Shown here: piece after piece, positions 30,507-40,607 of the stretch | Layout: every line of letters begins with the position of its first letter | Numbering within the stretch: the first letter of the stretch is position 1 | Assembly: GCA_002255365.1 (NCBI GenBank) | Contig: NCBI01000013.1 | Span: 955-64,954 of the forward strand | Direction: 5' to 3' | DNA from: Chromatiales bacterium 21-64-14 | GTDB taxonomy: Bacteria > Pseudomonadota > Gammaproteobacteria > 21-64-14 | DNA: 64,000 bases | The notes under the pieces: generated by a model | The model's input: only the letters and a program-made list of their open reading frames with translations | The model's database searches: none | What the model was told of the DNA's origin: nothing | Translations under genes and position numbers: made by a program

Positions 30507-31721
30507 TCAGCGGGAACGCCTCGCCATCGCCGCCGCGTAGACCGCTTCGTAACGGCCCACCACACGGCTCCAGGTCCGCTCCGACTCGATGAATGCCCGC
30601 GCCACTCGGCGCTGCTCCGGCCAGCGGTTCCGATCCTGCAGCAAGCCGACGACGGCACCAGCCAACGCCGCGGGATCCCCGGCGCGGAACAACCTTCCGG
30701 TTTCTCCGTCGCGGATCAGCTCCCGGTGTCCCCCGACGTCCGACGCCACTACCAATCCGCCGTGGGCCATGGCCTCCAGCGGCTTGAGGGGTGTAACCAG
30801 TTCCGTAAGGCGCATGGAGTGACGGGGATAGACGAACACGTCCACTAGCTGATAGTAGCGCTCCACTTCGCTGTGGTGCACCCGGCCCGTGAAGATCACC
30901 CGCTCGGCAATCCCCGCCGCGGCCGCGCGTGTCTTCAGGCGCTCGGCCTCCGGCCCACCCCCGACCAGCAGGAGCCGAGCGTCGGGCACCACCTGCACGA
31001 TGCGCGGCATGGCCGCAATCAGCAAGTCTAGGCCCTCGTAGGCATAGAACGACCCGATGAACCCGAACACGGTCGCGCCGCCCAGTCCCAGACGCGCGCG
31101 CAGCGCGCCGTCGTCTGCGACGGCGCCATCGAAGCGGTCCGTATCCACGGCGTTGGGCACCACCGTGACCCGCTCCGCATCCACACCGCGCGCGAGGATA
31201 TCACCGCGTAGGCCTTCGCAGATCGTCGTCACCGCATCGGCGCGCCGTAAGACGTAGGTCTCCAGCGCCCGCGTCAACCGGTACCGCAGGCCTCCCTCCC
31301 GGCTGGTACCGTGATCCACTGCGGCGTCTTCCCAGAAAGCGCGGACCTCATAGACCAGCGGGATACCGAGACTCCGCGCCACCCGCAACGCGGCCATGCC
31401 GTTCAAGGCGGGGGAATGGGCATGGAGGACATCAGGCCGCACCTCCCCAACCACCTGCAACAAGCGCCGTGTAAGCGCACCGATCACCGCCCATTGACCT
31501 ATCACCGGCAACCGTCGGGAAATCCCCGCCACTGCCGGCGTGCGGTAGAAACGCCAGCCATCCACCTCTTCCTCCAGCGCCGTCGCGCCGTAGTGCTTCG
31601 GACCGGTGAGGTGCAAGGTCTCCCAACCGCGCGCGCGTTGCTGGTTCAGGATCGCGCAGGTGCGAAACGTATATCCGCTTTGCAACGGCAACGAATGGTC
31701 CAGAATGTGCAGGATGCGCAT
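30507..31721 (-). CDS. GT4-family glycosyltransferase
   Basis: GT-B motifs. Length 404 aa. Confidence 0.8.
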   Translation of the reverse strand: MRILHILDHSLPLQSGYTFRTCAILNQQRARGWETLHLTGPKHYGATALEEEVDGWRFYRTPAVAGISRRLPVIGQWAVIGALTRRLLQVVGEVRPDVLHAHSPALNGMAALRVARSLGIPLVYEVRAFWEDAAVDHGTSREGGLRYRLTRALETYVLRRADAVTTICEGLRGDILARGVDAERVTVVPNAVDTDRFDGAVADDGALRARLGLGGATVFGFIGSFYAYEGLDLLIAAMPRIVQVVPDARLLLVGGGPEAERLKTRAAAAGIAERVIFTGRVHHSEVERYYQLVDVFVYPRHSMRLTELVTPLKPLEAMAHGGLVVASDVGGHRELIRDGETGRLFRAGDPAALAGAVVGLLQDRNRWPEQRRVARAFIESERTWSRVVGRYEAVYAAAMARRSR

Positions 31722-31733
31722 CGCGCCAACCCC

Positions 31734-33653
31734 TCAGCCGGCTCGCGCCGCAGGGAACCCGCCGGGACGATCCAGCGTCCGCAGAAACCCCTCAAACATC
31801 AGCAGCGACCAGAGCGCCGCACTGTGATCCCGGCGCCCGCTCTGGTGCTGTTCCACCAACGCGCGTAGATACTGGGTATCGAACAACCCCGAATCCGCCA
31901 GAGCCGGCCCCAGCACCGCATGTTCCACGCGCTCACGCAGCGGCCCGCGGAACCAGCTGTCGAGGGGCACCGCAAAGCCCATCTTGCGCCGGTAGAGGAT
32001 ATCCGGGTCTAGATAGGGTTCCAGGGCGGTCTTAAACAGATGCTTGCCCGCCCCTCCCTGCACCATCCACTCCGGTGGCAACCCGGACGCCCACTCCACC
32101 AGCAGGTGGTCGAGGATCGGCACCCGCACTTCCAGGGAATGGGCCATGCTCGCGCGGTCCACCTTGGTCAGGATGTCCCCCGGCAGATAGGTCTTGAAAT
32201 CCAGGTACTGGATACGCGACAACGGATGGTCAGGGGCGTTGCGGTCGTGCGCACGCATCACCTCAATGGCACCGTAGCCCTGCAGCTCGCGCCGGAATTC
32301 GGGGCTGAACAGGCGCTGGCGCATACCGTCCTTCAGGATCGAGACGCCGTGGAAATAGCCCTCTACAGAATCCCGGGCCAGCGCCTGAAAGGTCGCCTTG
32401 GCGCGGAACATGCGTGGCGCCCAATCGGCCTTGGGGTAGAGCGCGGCCAGCAGGCCGAACACGGGACGGCGCACACCCAGCGGCACCGCCGAGCGCATCC
32501 GCTCCTCCAGCAGATGTCCGCGATAGCGCCGGTATCCCGCGAACAATTCGTCGCCCCCATCCCCGGAAAGCGCAACGGTCACCTGACGGCGCGCCAGTTC
32601 GCAGACCCGGTAGGTAGGCATCGCCGAACTGTCTGCGTAGGGCTCGTCATAGAGCGCGACCAGTTGATCCACCAGGCCGAAGTCGTCAGGGTTCACGACC
32701 TCCAGGCGGTGCCGGGTCTGGTAACGTTCAGCGACCCGGGCCGCGTGTTCCGATTCGTCGAAGCGCGGATCGGGAAACCCGATGGAACAGGTGTTCACCG
32801 GGTCCGCCGACAGGCCCGCCATCATGGCGACCACCGCACTGGAGTCCACGCCACCGGAGAGGAACGCGCCCAGCGGGACCTCCGCGATCAACCGCACGCG
32901 CACCGCATCGCGGAATCGCTCGATCAGCTCCGCGGCCGCCGCCTGCGGATCGCGCGCGCCCACGGACCGGAACGGCACGTCCCAGTACCCTACCGGCGCC
33001 GGAAGCTTCCCGCCCCGGGCCACCGTCAGGGTGTGGCCCGGCGGCAGTTTCCAGACGTTGCGCAGGATCGTGCGCGGCTCTGGAACATACCCGTAGGCGA
33101 AGTAGTCCTCGATCGCGTGGGGGTCCATCGCGCCCGGCAGCTTCGGATGCTGCATCAGCGCCTTCAGTTCCGAGCCGAACAGCAGCGTGCCGTCGTCCAG
33201 CAACCCGTAGTAGAGCGGCTTGATCCCGAGCCGATCCCGGGCCAGGAACAGTGTGCGGCGATTACGATCCCAAAGCGCGAAGGCAAACATGCCCCGGAAG
33301 CGACGCACGCACGCATCCCCCCACTCCTCCCAGGCGTGAACGATAACCTCCGTGTCGCAGTGGGTCCGGAAGCGATGACCGGCTGCCGCCAGTTCACGGG
33401 CCAGTTCCTGGAAGTTGTAGATCTCCCCGTTGAAGACCACCACCACCGAACCGTCTTCGTTGAACAGCGGCTGTTGGCCGCTCGCCAGATCAATGATCGA
33501 CAGGCGGCGGTGCGCCAGCCCCAATCCGGGTTCCCGATGCAATCCCCCCTCGTCCGGCCCGCGCCGTATCAACACGTCGCGCATCCGGATCAGCAGCGCC
33601 TCGTCTACCGGCGCTTCCGAGCGCAGGGAAAACATCCCGGCGATTCCACACAT
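31734..33653 (-). CDS. Asparagine synthetase family amidotransferase, exosortase-A-associated (second copy)
   Basis: MCGIAGMF N-terminus with the Cys nucleophile. SGGVDSS PP-loop. Confidence 0.85.
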   Translation of the reverse strand: MCGIAGMFSLRSEAPVDEALLIRMRDVLIRRGPDEGGLHREPGLGLAHRRLSIIDLASGQQPLFNEDGSVVVVFNGEIYNFQELARELAAAGHRFRTHCDTEVIVHAWEEWGDACVRRFRGMFAFALWDRNRRTLFLARDRLGIKPLYYGLLDDGTLLFGSELKALMQHPKLPGAMDPHAIEDYFAYGYVPEPRTILRNVWKLPPGHTLTVARGGKLPAPVGYWDVPFRSVGARDPQAAAAELIERFRDAVRVRLIAEVPLGAFLSGGVDSSAVVAMMAGLSADPVNTCSIGFPDPRFDESEHAARVAERYQTRHRLEVVNPDDFGLVDQLVALYDEPYADSSAMPTYRVCELARRQVTVALSGDGGDELFAGYRRYRGHLLEERMRSAVPLGVRRPVFGLLAALYPKADWAPRMFRAKATFQALARDSVEGYFHGVSILKDGMRQRLFSPEFRRELQGYGAIEVMRAHDRNAPDHPLSRIQYLDFKTYLPGDILTKVDRASMAHSLEVRVPILDHLLVEWASGLPPEWMVQGGAGKHLFKTALEPYLDPDILYRRKMGFAVPLDSWFRGPLRERVEHAVLGPALADSGLFDTQYLRALVEQHQSGRRDHSAALWSLLMFEGFLRTLDRPGGFPAARAG

Positions 33654-33730
33654 GGTCTGCCCCTACTTCGTCCGTTCTGGTATCCCGCGCACCGGTCGCG
33701 CGGGGCGCCTATTACGTCGTTTCACGCCCA

Positions 33731-34966
33731 TTACGTGCCGGAGGCATTCTGCTGGTTCCACAACTGGTCATAGACCGCCAAGTAGCAAGCCACCATGGTC
33801 TCCAGGCTGAACGCCGCCTCCACCCGGGCGCGGCCCGCCGCCCCGTGGCGAAGCATCAGAGCCGGTTCGTCCAGGTAGCGTTCGATGGCGCCCGCCAATG
33901 CATGCGGATCCGACCGTGGCACCAGGTATCCGGTCTCACCCTCGCCCACCAGCTCGGGATTTCCCCCAACCCGGGTCGCCACCACCGGACGACCACAGGC
34001 CATGGCCTCGAGGATCGTGTTTGAGATGCCCTCCACCAGGGACGGCAGCACGAAGACATCCATGGCCCTAAGCAGTTCGGGCACGTTGTCACACGCCCCC
34101 GGAACCCACGCCAGCCCGTGGGCATCGGCCGCACGCAACAGTGCTACGGCTGGTTCGCGCAACGGGCCGTCCCCCACCAGGACCAGCCGCAACCGCTCCC
34201 GGGCGTCCGCGCGGCGTTCCAGCAGCAGCAGGAACGCGCGCACCAGATTGAGTGGATCCTTCACCGCCCGCATGCGCCCGACGCTTCCGATCACCATGGT
34301 GCCGGGGGGCGCGAAACCGTCCGGTGGCAGCGGGTCCCGGGTTCCCGCGGGCGGATGGAATCGCACGGTGTCCACACCGTTATAGATGCGCGTGATCTTG
34401 CGCGCCGGGACCCCCACCCGCGCGCGCAAGTACGCCTCCAGGTCCGCCGAGAGTGCGATGTAATGCTGGATCAGCGGCCGGTAGGCGCGCCGCAACCACT
34501 GGTAGCGGCGTCGGGTTCCGTCCAGATCGTGGACATCGCGCCCATGCTCCCCGTGCACGCGCCCCGGGACGCCGGCCAGGGCCGCGGGTAGCATCCCCTC
34601 AACGGTGGCGAGATTCCGGGTATGGACGATGTCCGGCCGCAGCGCCTTCAGCAATCGCCACAGGCGCAGGTAGACCGAAAAATCCTTGCCCTCCCGTTTA
34701 TGCAGGGCATGCACATCGATGTCCGCGTGGCGGATGCGTGCGGCGAAATCCGTGTACTCGGTCATGCAGATGATCACGTGGCGGTAGCGCTCCCGCGGCA
34801 GGGTGTTGACCAGATTCACCAAGCCATTCTCCATGCCCCCCACGTCCAAGTGATGGATGACATGGGCGATCAACGGCGTTGCGCCTCCGTCCCGTGTGCG
34901 GCGTACCGCAGAAGCCGAAGACCCACCCGGCCGGCCTTCGCCCGGTCGCGCAGCGCCTCCGGTCAT
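33731..34966 (-). CDS. Sugar transferase, PEP-CTERM/EpsH1-system-associated (stp2-like GT4)
   Basis: IAHVIHHLDVGGMENG N-terminal signature. GT4 C-terminal domain. Confidence 0.7.
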   Translation of the reverse strand: MTGGAARPGEGRPGGSSASAVRRTRDGGATPLIAHVIHHLDVGGMENGLVNLVNTLPRERYRHVIICMTEYTDFAARIRHADIDVHALHKREGKDFSVYLRLWRLLKALRPDIVHTRNLATVEGMLPAALAGVPGRVHGEHGRDVHDLDGTRRRYQWLRRAYRPLIQHYIALSADLEAYLRARVGVPARKITRIYNGVDTVRFHPPAGTRDPLPPDGFAPPGTMVIGSVGRMRAVKDPLNLVRAFLLLLERRADARERLRLVLVGDGPLREPAVALLRAADAHGLAWVPGACDNVPELLRAMDVFVLPSLVEGISNTILEAMACGRPVVATRVGGNPELVGEGETGYLVPRSDPHALAGAIERYLDEPALMLRHGAAGRARVEAAFSLETMVACYLAVYDQLWNQQNASGT

Positions 34967-36198
34967 GGTGTAGCCTTCCCACCATCACCCGCTGGCGCCA
35001 CACCCTCCAGGAGATCCTGGAATCGCCGCACATTGGCGTCCCAGTCATATCGCGCGCGCACCCATGCGCGCAGGCCCGCGCCGAGACCGGCGTTCGCACA
35101 CCCGAGCAGGAACGGCTCCACCTGCGTCACCCAGGTGCCGGGATCCGTCGCCACCAGGGGCGCCGGATCGCCCAGCTCCAGTCCGTCCAGCGCCTGGGGT
35201 GAGGCCACCACCGGCTTCGCCATGGCCATCGCCTCCAGCACCTTGTTTTGCACGCCCCGCGCGATGCGCAGCGGCGCGACCGCGACCGCGGCGTGGGCCA
35301 AGTAGGGCCGTATGTCCTCGACGCTCCCCGTCACAAAGACCCCCGCCCGGTCCACCAGGCGCCGCACCGCGTCATCAGGCCGAGCCCCGACTATATAGAA
35401 GCGGGCATCGGGGACCCTGACACGGATCCGCGGGAATACCTCTGCAACAAACCAGCACACCGCGTCCACGTTTGCCCAGTAATCCATCGCCCCGGTGAAC
35501 ACCACCACCCGCCCACCCGCGCCATAGGGGTCGGAGTATCCCCCATCAGGGGAGAAGAACCGGGTATCCACCCCGTTGTTGATGTGAACTACCCGTGCCG
35601 CCGCCCGCGGCGCGAGCTTGCGAAACAGCGCCGCCTCCGCCGCGCTCACCAGCACGCTGGCATCGAACACACCCGCGATGGTTTGCTCATAGATCAGCAG
35701 ACGGCGTGCCTCTCGGCGGTACACCAGACGCATAGGCCCGGTCAGCCGGGCACTGTATTGACGCCATTTATCCGAATCCACGTCCACGAAATCCAGCACC
35801 CGTCGCGCTGCGGCGCAAACCGGCGTGGACAGAACGTATTGCGCCATCGCCGAGGAATATACCAGGATCCGCCGAATATCGTGCTCGCGCAGCACCTGAT
35901 CCACCCACGACCGCATCCTGCGATCGAAGAAATACGGCAGTGTCAGCGGCCGGCCGGTAAGAAATCCGCGCACGCTGCGCAGGCGCGCGCGCTTCGGATG
36001 CAGGCCGATCAGCCGGACCTCGGCGCAGTATTCCCGAACCTTCTCGGCGTGACGCCAGTCGTCCGGATCGTCGACGAAGGCACCAAGGCGCACCCGGTAG
36101 CGGTCCGCCAGGGCCTTCAAAATGTGAAAGGATCGGACCTTGTCTCCCTTGTTCGGCGGATACGGGATCCGGTGCACCAGAAAGAGGAGTTCGTCCAT
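34963..36198 (-). CDS. Sugar transferase, PEP-CTERM/EpsH1-system-associated (stp1-like GT4)
   Basis: LFLVHRIPYPPNKGDKVR N-terminal signature. 4-nt overlap with the downstream gene. Confidence 0.75.
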   Translation of the reverse strand: MDELLFLVHRIPYPPNKGDKVRSFHILKALADRYRVRLGAFVDDPDDWRHAEKVREYCAEVRLIGLHPKRARLRSVRGFLTGRPLTLPYFFDRRMRSWVDQVLREHDIRRILVYSSAMAQYVLSTPVCAAARRVLDFVDVDSDKWRQYSARLTGPMRLVYRREARRLLIYEQTIAGVFDASVLVSAAEAALFRKLAPRAAARVVHINNGVDTRFFSPDGGYSDPYGAGGRVVVFTGAMDYWANVDAVCWFVAEVFPRIRVRVPDARFYIVGARPDDAVRRLVDRAGVFVTGSVEDIRPYLAHAAVAVAPLRIARGVQNKVLEAMAMAKPVVASPQALDGLELGDPAPLVATDPGTWVTQVEPFLLGCANAGLGAGLRAWVRARYDWDANVRRFQDLLEGVAPAGDGGKATP

Positions 36199-36199
36199 G

Positions 36200-37243
36200 T
36201 CATCCGAGACTGCGTGCGAGCAGCGGTCCGAGGAGACGGCTTACGCCCAGAGGCAGCCGCTTCCAGCCCTCGATAAAAAGGCGATAACGGGGATTGAGCG
36301 GATTGACGTCAGGCACCCGATCGGCCTTGACCAGGTGGTATTCATAATACAGGGGTTGGGGCTCGAAGCCCCAGTGTTTTTTAAACCGGAAGGAGCCGAC
36401 GTCGAGTTTACTGCGGCCGAAATCAAACATCCGCACGCCGCGCTCAGTGGCGCGGCACATCAGATCCCAGTACATGAAATCGTTTCCGGCCACGTCGCGC
36501 GCACCGCTGGATCCGCCGCCGTAGTATGGAATCACCTCATCGCGGAAATAAAAACTCATCACGCTGCCCACTGCTTGCTCACCACGCACGACGGTGAGCA
36601 CTTCGCAGGCCGCACCGAAGACCTCGCGCAGCACCTGGAAGTAGCGCTTGGGAAACACCGGGGTCCCCAGATTGCGCACACTCTCGGAGTAGACCGAGAA
36701 GAAGGTGCCGATACCCGGATCGATGCGGCCTTCCACGCCGGCCTTGATCCCCTTGCGGATCATGGCGCGCTGCTTCCTGGGTACCGCCGCCATGTTGACT
36801 TCCGGGTCCGGATCGATCGCCTTACGGAAGGTCACGTAGAGTTCCTTGCAAGGCCAGTCCGTACGCCGGCGCTGGAGGTTGCGCAGCTCCAGGTAATCCA
36901 CCCGGAGGCGCTCAGCCAGCGTGCAGGCGGCATCCTCCAACCGGCGCCGCACCGCATCGTCGTCCGCCAGCGGCCCGCCGTACACGCAGAACGGCGTGGA
37001 GATCAGCGCGTCACCGAACAGCCAGCTGCGAATCCGCCCCAGGGGTAGTACACCACGTACCGCGCCGTCCTGCTCCGCCAGGAAAAAATGCGTCCCATGG
37101 CCAAACGCCCGCTCGAGCACCGTCTTCCAACCGGAAAGATGAAAGAAGGTCCCGTCGGGGTGGGCGCTGACGTACGCGTCCCAGCAGCCCGCATCCGCCG
37201 CGGTGAATTCCCGTATCTGCACCCCATTGGAATCCATTACCAT
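36200..37243 (-). CDS. FemAB-family protein, PEP-CTERM-system-associated
   Basis: 347 aa with FemAB-like GNAT tandem fold. Lies in the EPS operon between wecB and stp1. Confidence 0.75.
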   Translation of the reverse strand: MVMDSNGVQIREFTAADAGCWDAYVSAHPDGTFFHLSGWKTVLERAFGHGTHFFLAEQDGAVRGVLPLGRIRSWLFGDALISTPFCVYGGPLADDDAVRRRLEDAACTLAERLRVDYLELRNLQRRRTDWPCKELYVTFRKAIDPDPEVNMAAVPRKQRAMIRKGIKAGVEGRIDPGIGTFFSVYSESVRNLGTPVFPKRYFQVLREVFGAACEVLTVVRGEQAVGSVMSFYFRDEVIPYYGGGSSGARDVAGNDFMYWDLMCRATERGVRMFDFGRSKLDVGSFRFKKHWGFEPQPLYYEYHLVKADRVPDVNPLNPRYRLFIEGWKRLPLGVSRLLGPLLARSLG

Positions 37244-37319
37244 GATTCTTATGTCACCGCCGCGCCGCGCCCGGCGGTCCGGGAGTGGTGGCTACGCCGC
37301 ATCGCGGCCCCGACACCGA

Positions 37320-38513
37320 TTACCGGTGGCGCCTCGACTCCAGCCAGTCGGCCAGGATATGGCGTATCCGGCGTGCCGCGTGTCCGTCCCAGAGTTCCGG
37401 CACACGCCCCCCCTTGCCACCCGTATTCAGGATATCGCGGGCCACCGCAAGGATCTTGTGCGGATCCGTGCCCACCACCGTGTTCGTCCCCTGATCCACG
37501 GTGATCGGCCGCTCGGTGTTTTCCCGGAGTGTGACGCAGGGCACTCCCAGTGCCGTGGTCTCCTCCTGCATGCCACCGGAATCAGTCAGCACCATCCGCG
37601 CACCCGCCATGAGGCCCAACATCTCCAGGTAACCCAGGGGCGGCAGCATCAGCACATTGGCTGCCTGCTCCAGTACCGGGGCCAATCCGTGCTCGCGGAT
37701 CACCCGCTCGGTACGCGGGTGGACGGGAAAGACCAGAGGGATCGCGCCGCTGAGTTCCGCCAGCGCACGCAACAAGGCCTCCAGCACCCGCGGGTCGTCC
37801 ACGTTGGACGGACGGTGCAGAGTTACCACCGCAAAGTCCACACGGCCGCCGCGCGGAACCGCGGCCGGCGGCCATCCCTTCAGGGTCTCGGCCGCCGGAA
37901 CCGCGCGTTCCAGGTGCCGACGCAGGGTGTCGATCATCACATTGCCGACGAAATGCACGCGCTGCGGATCGATACCTTCCCGGATCAAATTCTCCCGGGC
38001 GGACGCCTCGGTGATAAACAGCAGATCCGAAATCTGGTCGGTCAACACCCGGTTGACCTCCTCCGGCATCGCGCGGTCGAAGCTGCGCAACCCGGCCTCC
38101 ACATGCACCACGGGGATCTGCTTCTTGGCCGCCACCAGTCCACACGCGATGGTGGAGTTCACATCGCCCACCACGAGTACCGCCGCCGGCCGTAGTGCGT
38201 CCACCACCGGTTCAAAACGGCGCATCACCTCAGCGGTCTGCACCGCGTGACTACCGGAACCGACGCCGAGGTCCACGTCCGGCTCGGGGATGCCGAGCTG
38301 AACAAAAAACGCCTCCTTCATGCCAGCGTCGTAATGCTGTCCGGTATGCACTAGGCAGGCGGGTACCGCCGGGAGTTCCTCGGAAAGGGCACTCATGATG
38401 GGTGCGATCTTCATGAAATTCGGCCGTGCGCCCACCACGCACAGGACCGTACCCGGGGGAATCCGCGCCAGCAGATCCGGGGCCAGGGAATCAGACAATG
38501 GTTGGCGAGTCAT
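37320..38513 (-). CDS. wecB: UDP-N-acetylglucosamine 2-epimerase (non-hydrolysing)
   Basis: Highly conserved epimerase_2 sequence (HVEAGLRS, GGMQEET). Confidence 0.85.
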   Translation of the reverse strand: MTRQPLSDSLAPDLLARIPPGTVLCVVGARPNFMKIAPIMSALSEELPAVPACLVHTGQHYDAGMKEAFFVQLGIPEPDVDLGVGSGSHAVQTAEVMRRFEPVVDALRPAAVLVVGDVNSTIACGLVAAKKQIPVVHVEAGLRSFDRAMPEEVNRVLTDQISDLLFITEASARENLIREGIDPQRVHFVGNVMIDTLRRHLERAVPAAETLKGWPPAAVPRGGRVDFAVVTLHRPSNVDDPRVLEALLRALAELSGAIPLVFPVHPRTERVIREHGLAPVLEQAANVLMLPPLGYLEMLGLMAGARMVLTDSGGMQEETTALGVPCVTLRENTERPITVDQGTNTVVGTDPHKILAVARDILNTGGKGGRVPELWDGHAARRIRHILADWLESRRHR

Positions 38514-38991
38514 GGACGCGTATAGGCTCTGAGTGCAGGGCGGATTCGGGGCGTGACACGTTCACGCGTGCGTCGGCACCCGCCGGGCCGCGGCACGGTC
38601 TTCGAAGATTATAGCGTTGCGCCAACCGGGTCCTTGAACGCGCCGTCGGGGCAGGGGTTCAACACAGATCGCCGCAGAACCTTCCTACGCTCATCCCCGG
38701 AGAGCGGGATGGTAAAAATCCGAGGGCAATCTGAAAGTACTTTTAATAACATAGGCTTGGATCATACGATAGCATAGCCGCCCAAGTCCGGCAAGGCGCG
38801 CGGCAGACACAGCGTCGCGGATGAGCCCGCCCGGCGGATCCGCGCCCAGCATCCGAGCGGATGCGTGCGAGTACTCTACTCGTCATGGCGCGGAACACGT
38901 CCTAGCCCACGCCCGCCTGCGGCCCTGAAACTCGGGCACCGGTGGCACCTTGCCCGGGAACCGCACTGCCGACTGGCCGATGTGCAGCGGA

Positions 38992-40533
38992 TCACGCCGC
39001 CGCTGGCCTGACAGTCCGGTCCGTGCCGCGGGATATGCCGAGAACGCCCAACAGCGGCGTAGCGAGTACCGCGACCACGAGGTTGACGATCAGCGCATAG
39101 ACCGCCGCATAACCGGGCGCCGTGATCCCGGCGAAATGCAAAGGATAGACCGTGCCCTTGAAGTGCAGCGCGGCGACCATCAGGGTACCCGACACCATGC
39201 CGGCCGCCCAACCCAGCACCAGGGCCCAGCGGTGCAGCCAGCGGGTATAGAGCCCGATCATGATCGCCGGCAAGGTCTGGATGATCCAGATCCCGCCCAG
39301 GAGCTGGAGCTGAATGGCGTACTTCAGGGGCAAGAACAACACAAATGCCAATGCCCCGACCTTGACGACCAACGAGACCCGCTTGGCCATCGTGCATTCC
39401 TGCAACGCGGTGCAGTTCGGCCGTAGATACGGCCGGTAGACGTTGCGAGTGAAGAGATTGGCGGCGGCGATGGACATGATGGCGGCGGGTACCAGGGCCC
39501 CGATGGCGATAGCCGCGAAGGCTAGGCCCACGAACCAAGCCGGGAACGCGTGCAAAAACAGCGCGGGCACCGCGAAGTTAGCGCCGTATTGCTTGAAGTA
39601 CGGCACAAACTCCGGCATCCGGTCCACCCCCGAGACCACTGCCATGTAACCCAGCAGGGCGATCAACCCCAATAGAACAGTGTACGCGGGCAGCAGTGCC
39701 GCGTTGCGCCGGATCGCACGCCGGCTGCTGGCACTCAGCACCCCGGTGACTGAATGTGGATAGAGAAAGAGCGTCAGGGCAGAGCCCAAGGCCAGGCTCG
39801 CGTAGGCGCTATAGGATCCCCAGCTACCGTGCGGTGGCACTGGCAGGATCAGCTTCTCAGCGGACACAGACGCGAAGATATGTGCATAACCGCCGAGTTG
39901 GCTGGGGATGATGATCACCGCCGCGATCACGGTGATGAAGATCAGCGCATCCTTGACCACGGCAATGATGGCGGGGGCGCGCAGGCCACTGGTATAGGTG
40001 TAGGCCGCCAGAATACCAAAGGCGACAATCAGGGGCAGATCCCCGATGAGCCCCTTTCCACCCAGGCCCATGGCGGCAATCACGACCTCGATACCGACGA
40101 GCTGCAGTGCGATGTAGGGCATGGTGGCCAATATGCCGGTGATGGCTACCAGGAGCGCCAGCACGTGGCTATCGTAGCGCCCCTGCACGAAGTCCGCGGC
40201 CGTCACGTATCCGTGCCGATGAGCCACTGACCAGAGCCGCGGAAACACCACCAGCACCAGCGGGTACACGACAATGGTATAGGGCAACGCGAAGAACCCG
40301 ATGGCCCCCGCGCCGAACACCAGGGCCGGAACCGCGATGAAGGTATAAGCTGTATAGAGGTCCCCACCCAGCAGGAACCAAGTGACGACGGTACCGAAGC
40401 GCCGTCCGGCCAAGCCCCACTCGTCGAGCTGGTCGAGATCGCCGCGCCGCCAGCGGGCGGCCACAAACCCCAGCAGGGTCACGAATATAAACAGGGCGGC
40501 GAAGACGCTAAATGCGATCCAATTCACGTGCAT
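38992..40533 (-). CDS. Sodium:solute symporter family transporter
   Basis: 513-aa polytopic SSS-family protein. Confidence 0.85.
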   Translation of the reverse strand: MHVNWIAFSVFAALFIFVTLLGFVAARWRRGDLDQLDEWGLAGRRFGTVVTWFLLGGDLYTAYTFIAVPALVFGAGAIGFFALPYTIVVYPLVLVVFPRLWSVAHRHGYVTAADFVQGRYDSHVLALLVAITGILATMPYIALQLVGIEVVIAAMGLGGKGLIGDLPLIVAFGILAAYTYTSGLRAPAIIAVVKDALIFITVIAAVIIIPSQLGGYAHIFASVSAEKLILPVPPHGSWGSYSAYASLALGSALTLFLYPHSVTGVLSASSRRAIRRNAALLPAYTVLLGLIALLGYMAVVSGVDRMPEFVPYFKQYGANFAVPALFLHAFPAWFVGLAFAAIAIGALVPAAIMSIAAANLFTRNVYRPYLRPNCTALQECTMAKRVSLVVKVGALAFVLFLPLKYAIQLQLLGGIWIIQTLPAIMIGLYTRWLHRWALVLGWAAGMVSGTLMVAALHFKGTVYPLHFAGITAPGYAAVYALIVNLVVAVLATPLLGVLGISRGTDRTVRPAAA

Positions 40534-40607
40534 CCCCCAGCTGTGTTGTTATTTTTTCTGGACGCCGCAGACCCGCAACCGTCCCGGCGGCGCCGTGGAC
40601 CAAGCCG

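Noticed and set aside
32040-33773. 577-aa plus-strand ORF antisense to asnB-like gene 2 (similar long antisense ORFs are at 44045-45034, 35248-36276, 37203-38195, 26024-27652, 24201-24938, 16151-16987, 52686-53576, 62684-63604)
   Set aside because: All are antisense to genes with strong homology-type signals. They are GC-content artefacts.
38938-38955. TGGCAC-C-TTGC sigma-54-like string upstream of the SSS/wecB spacer
   Set aside because: The spacing between the GG and GC elements is wrong (1 nt instead of 5).
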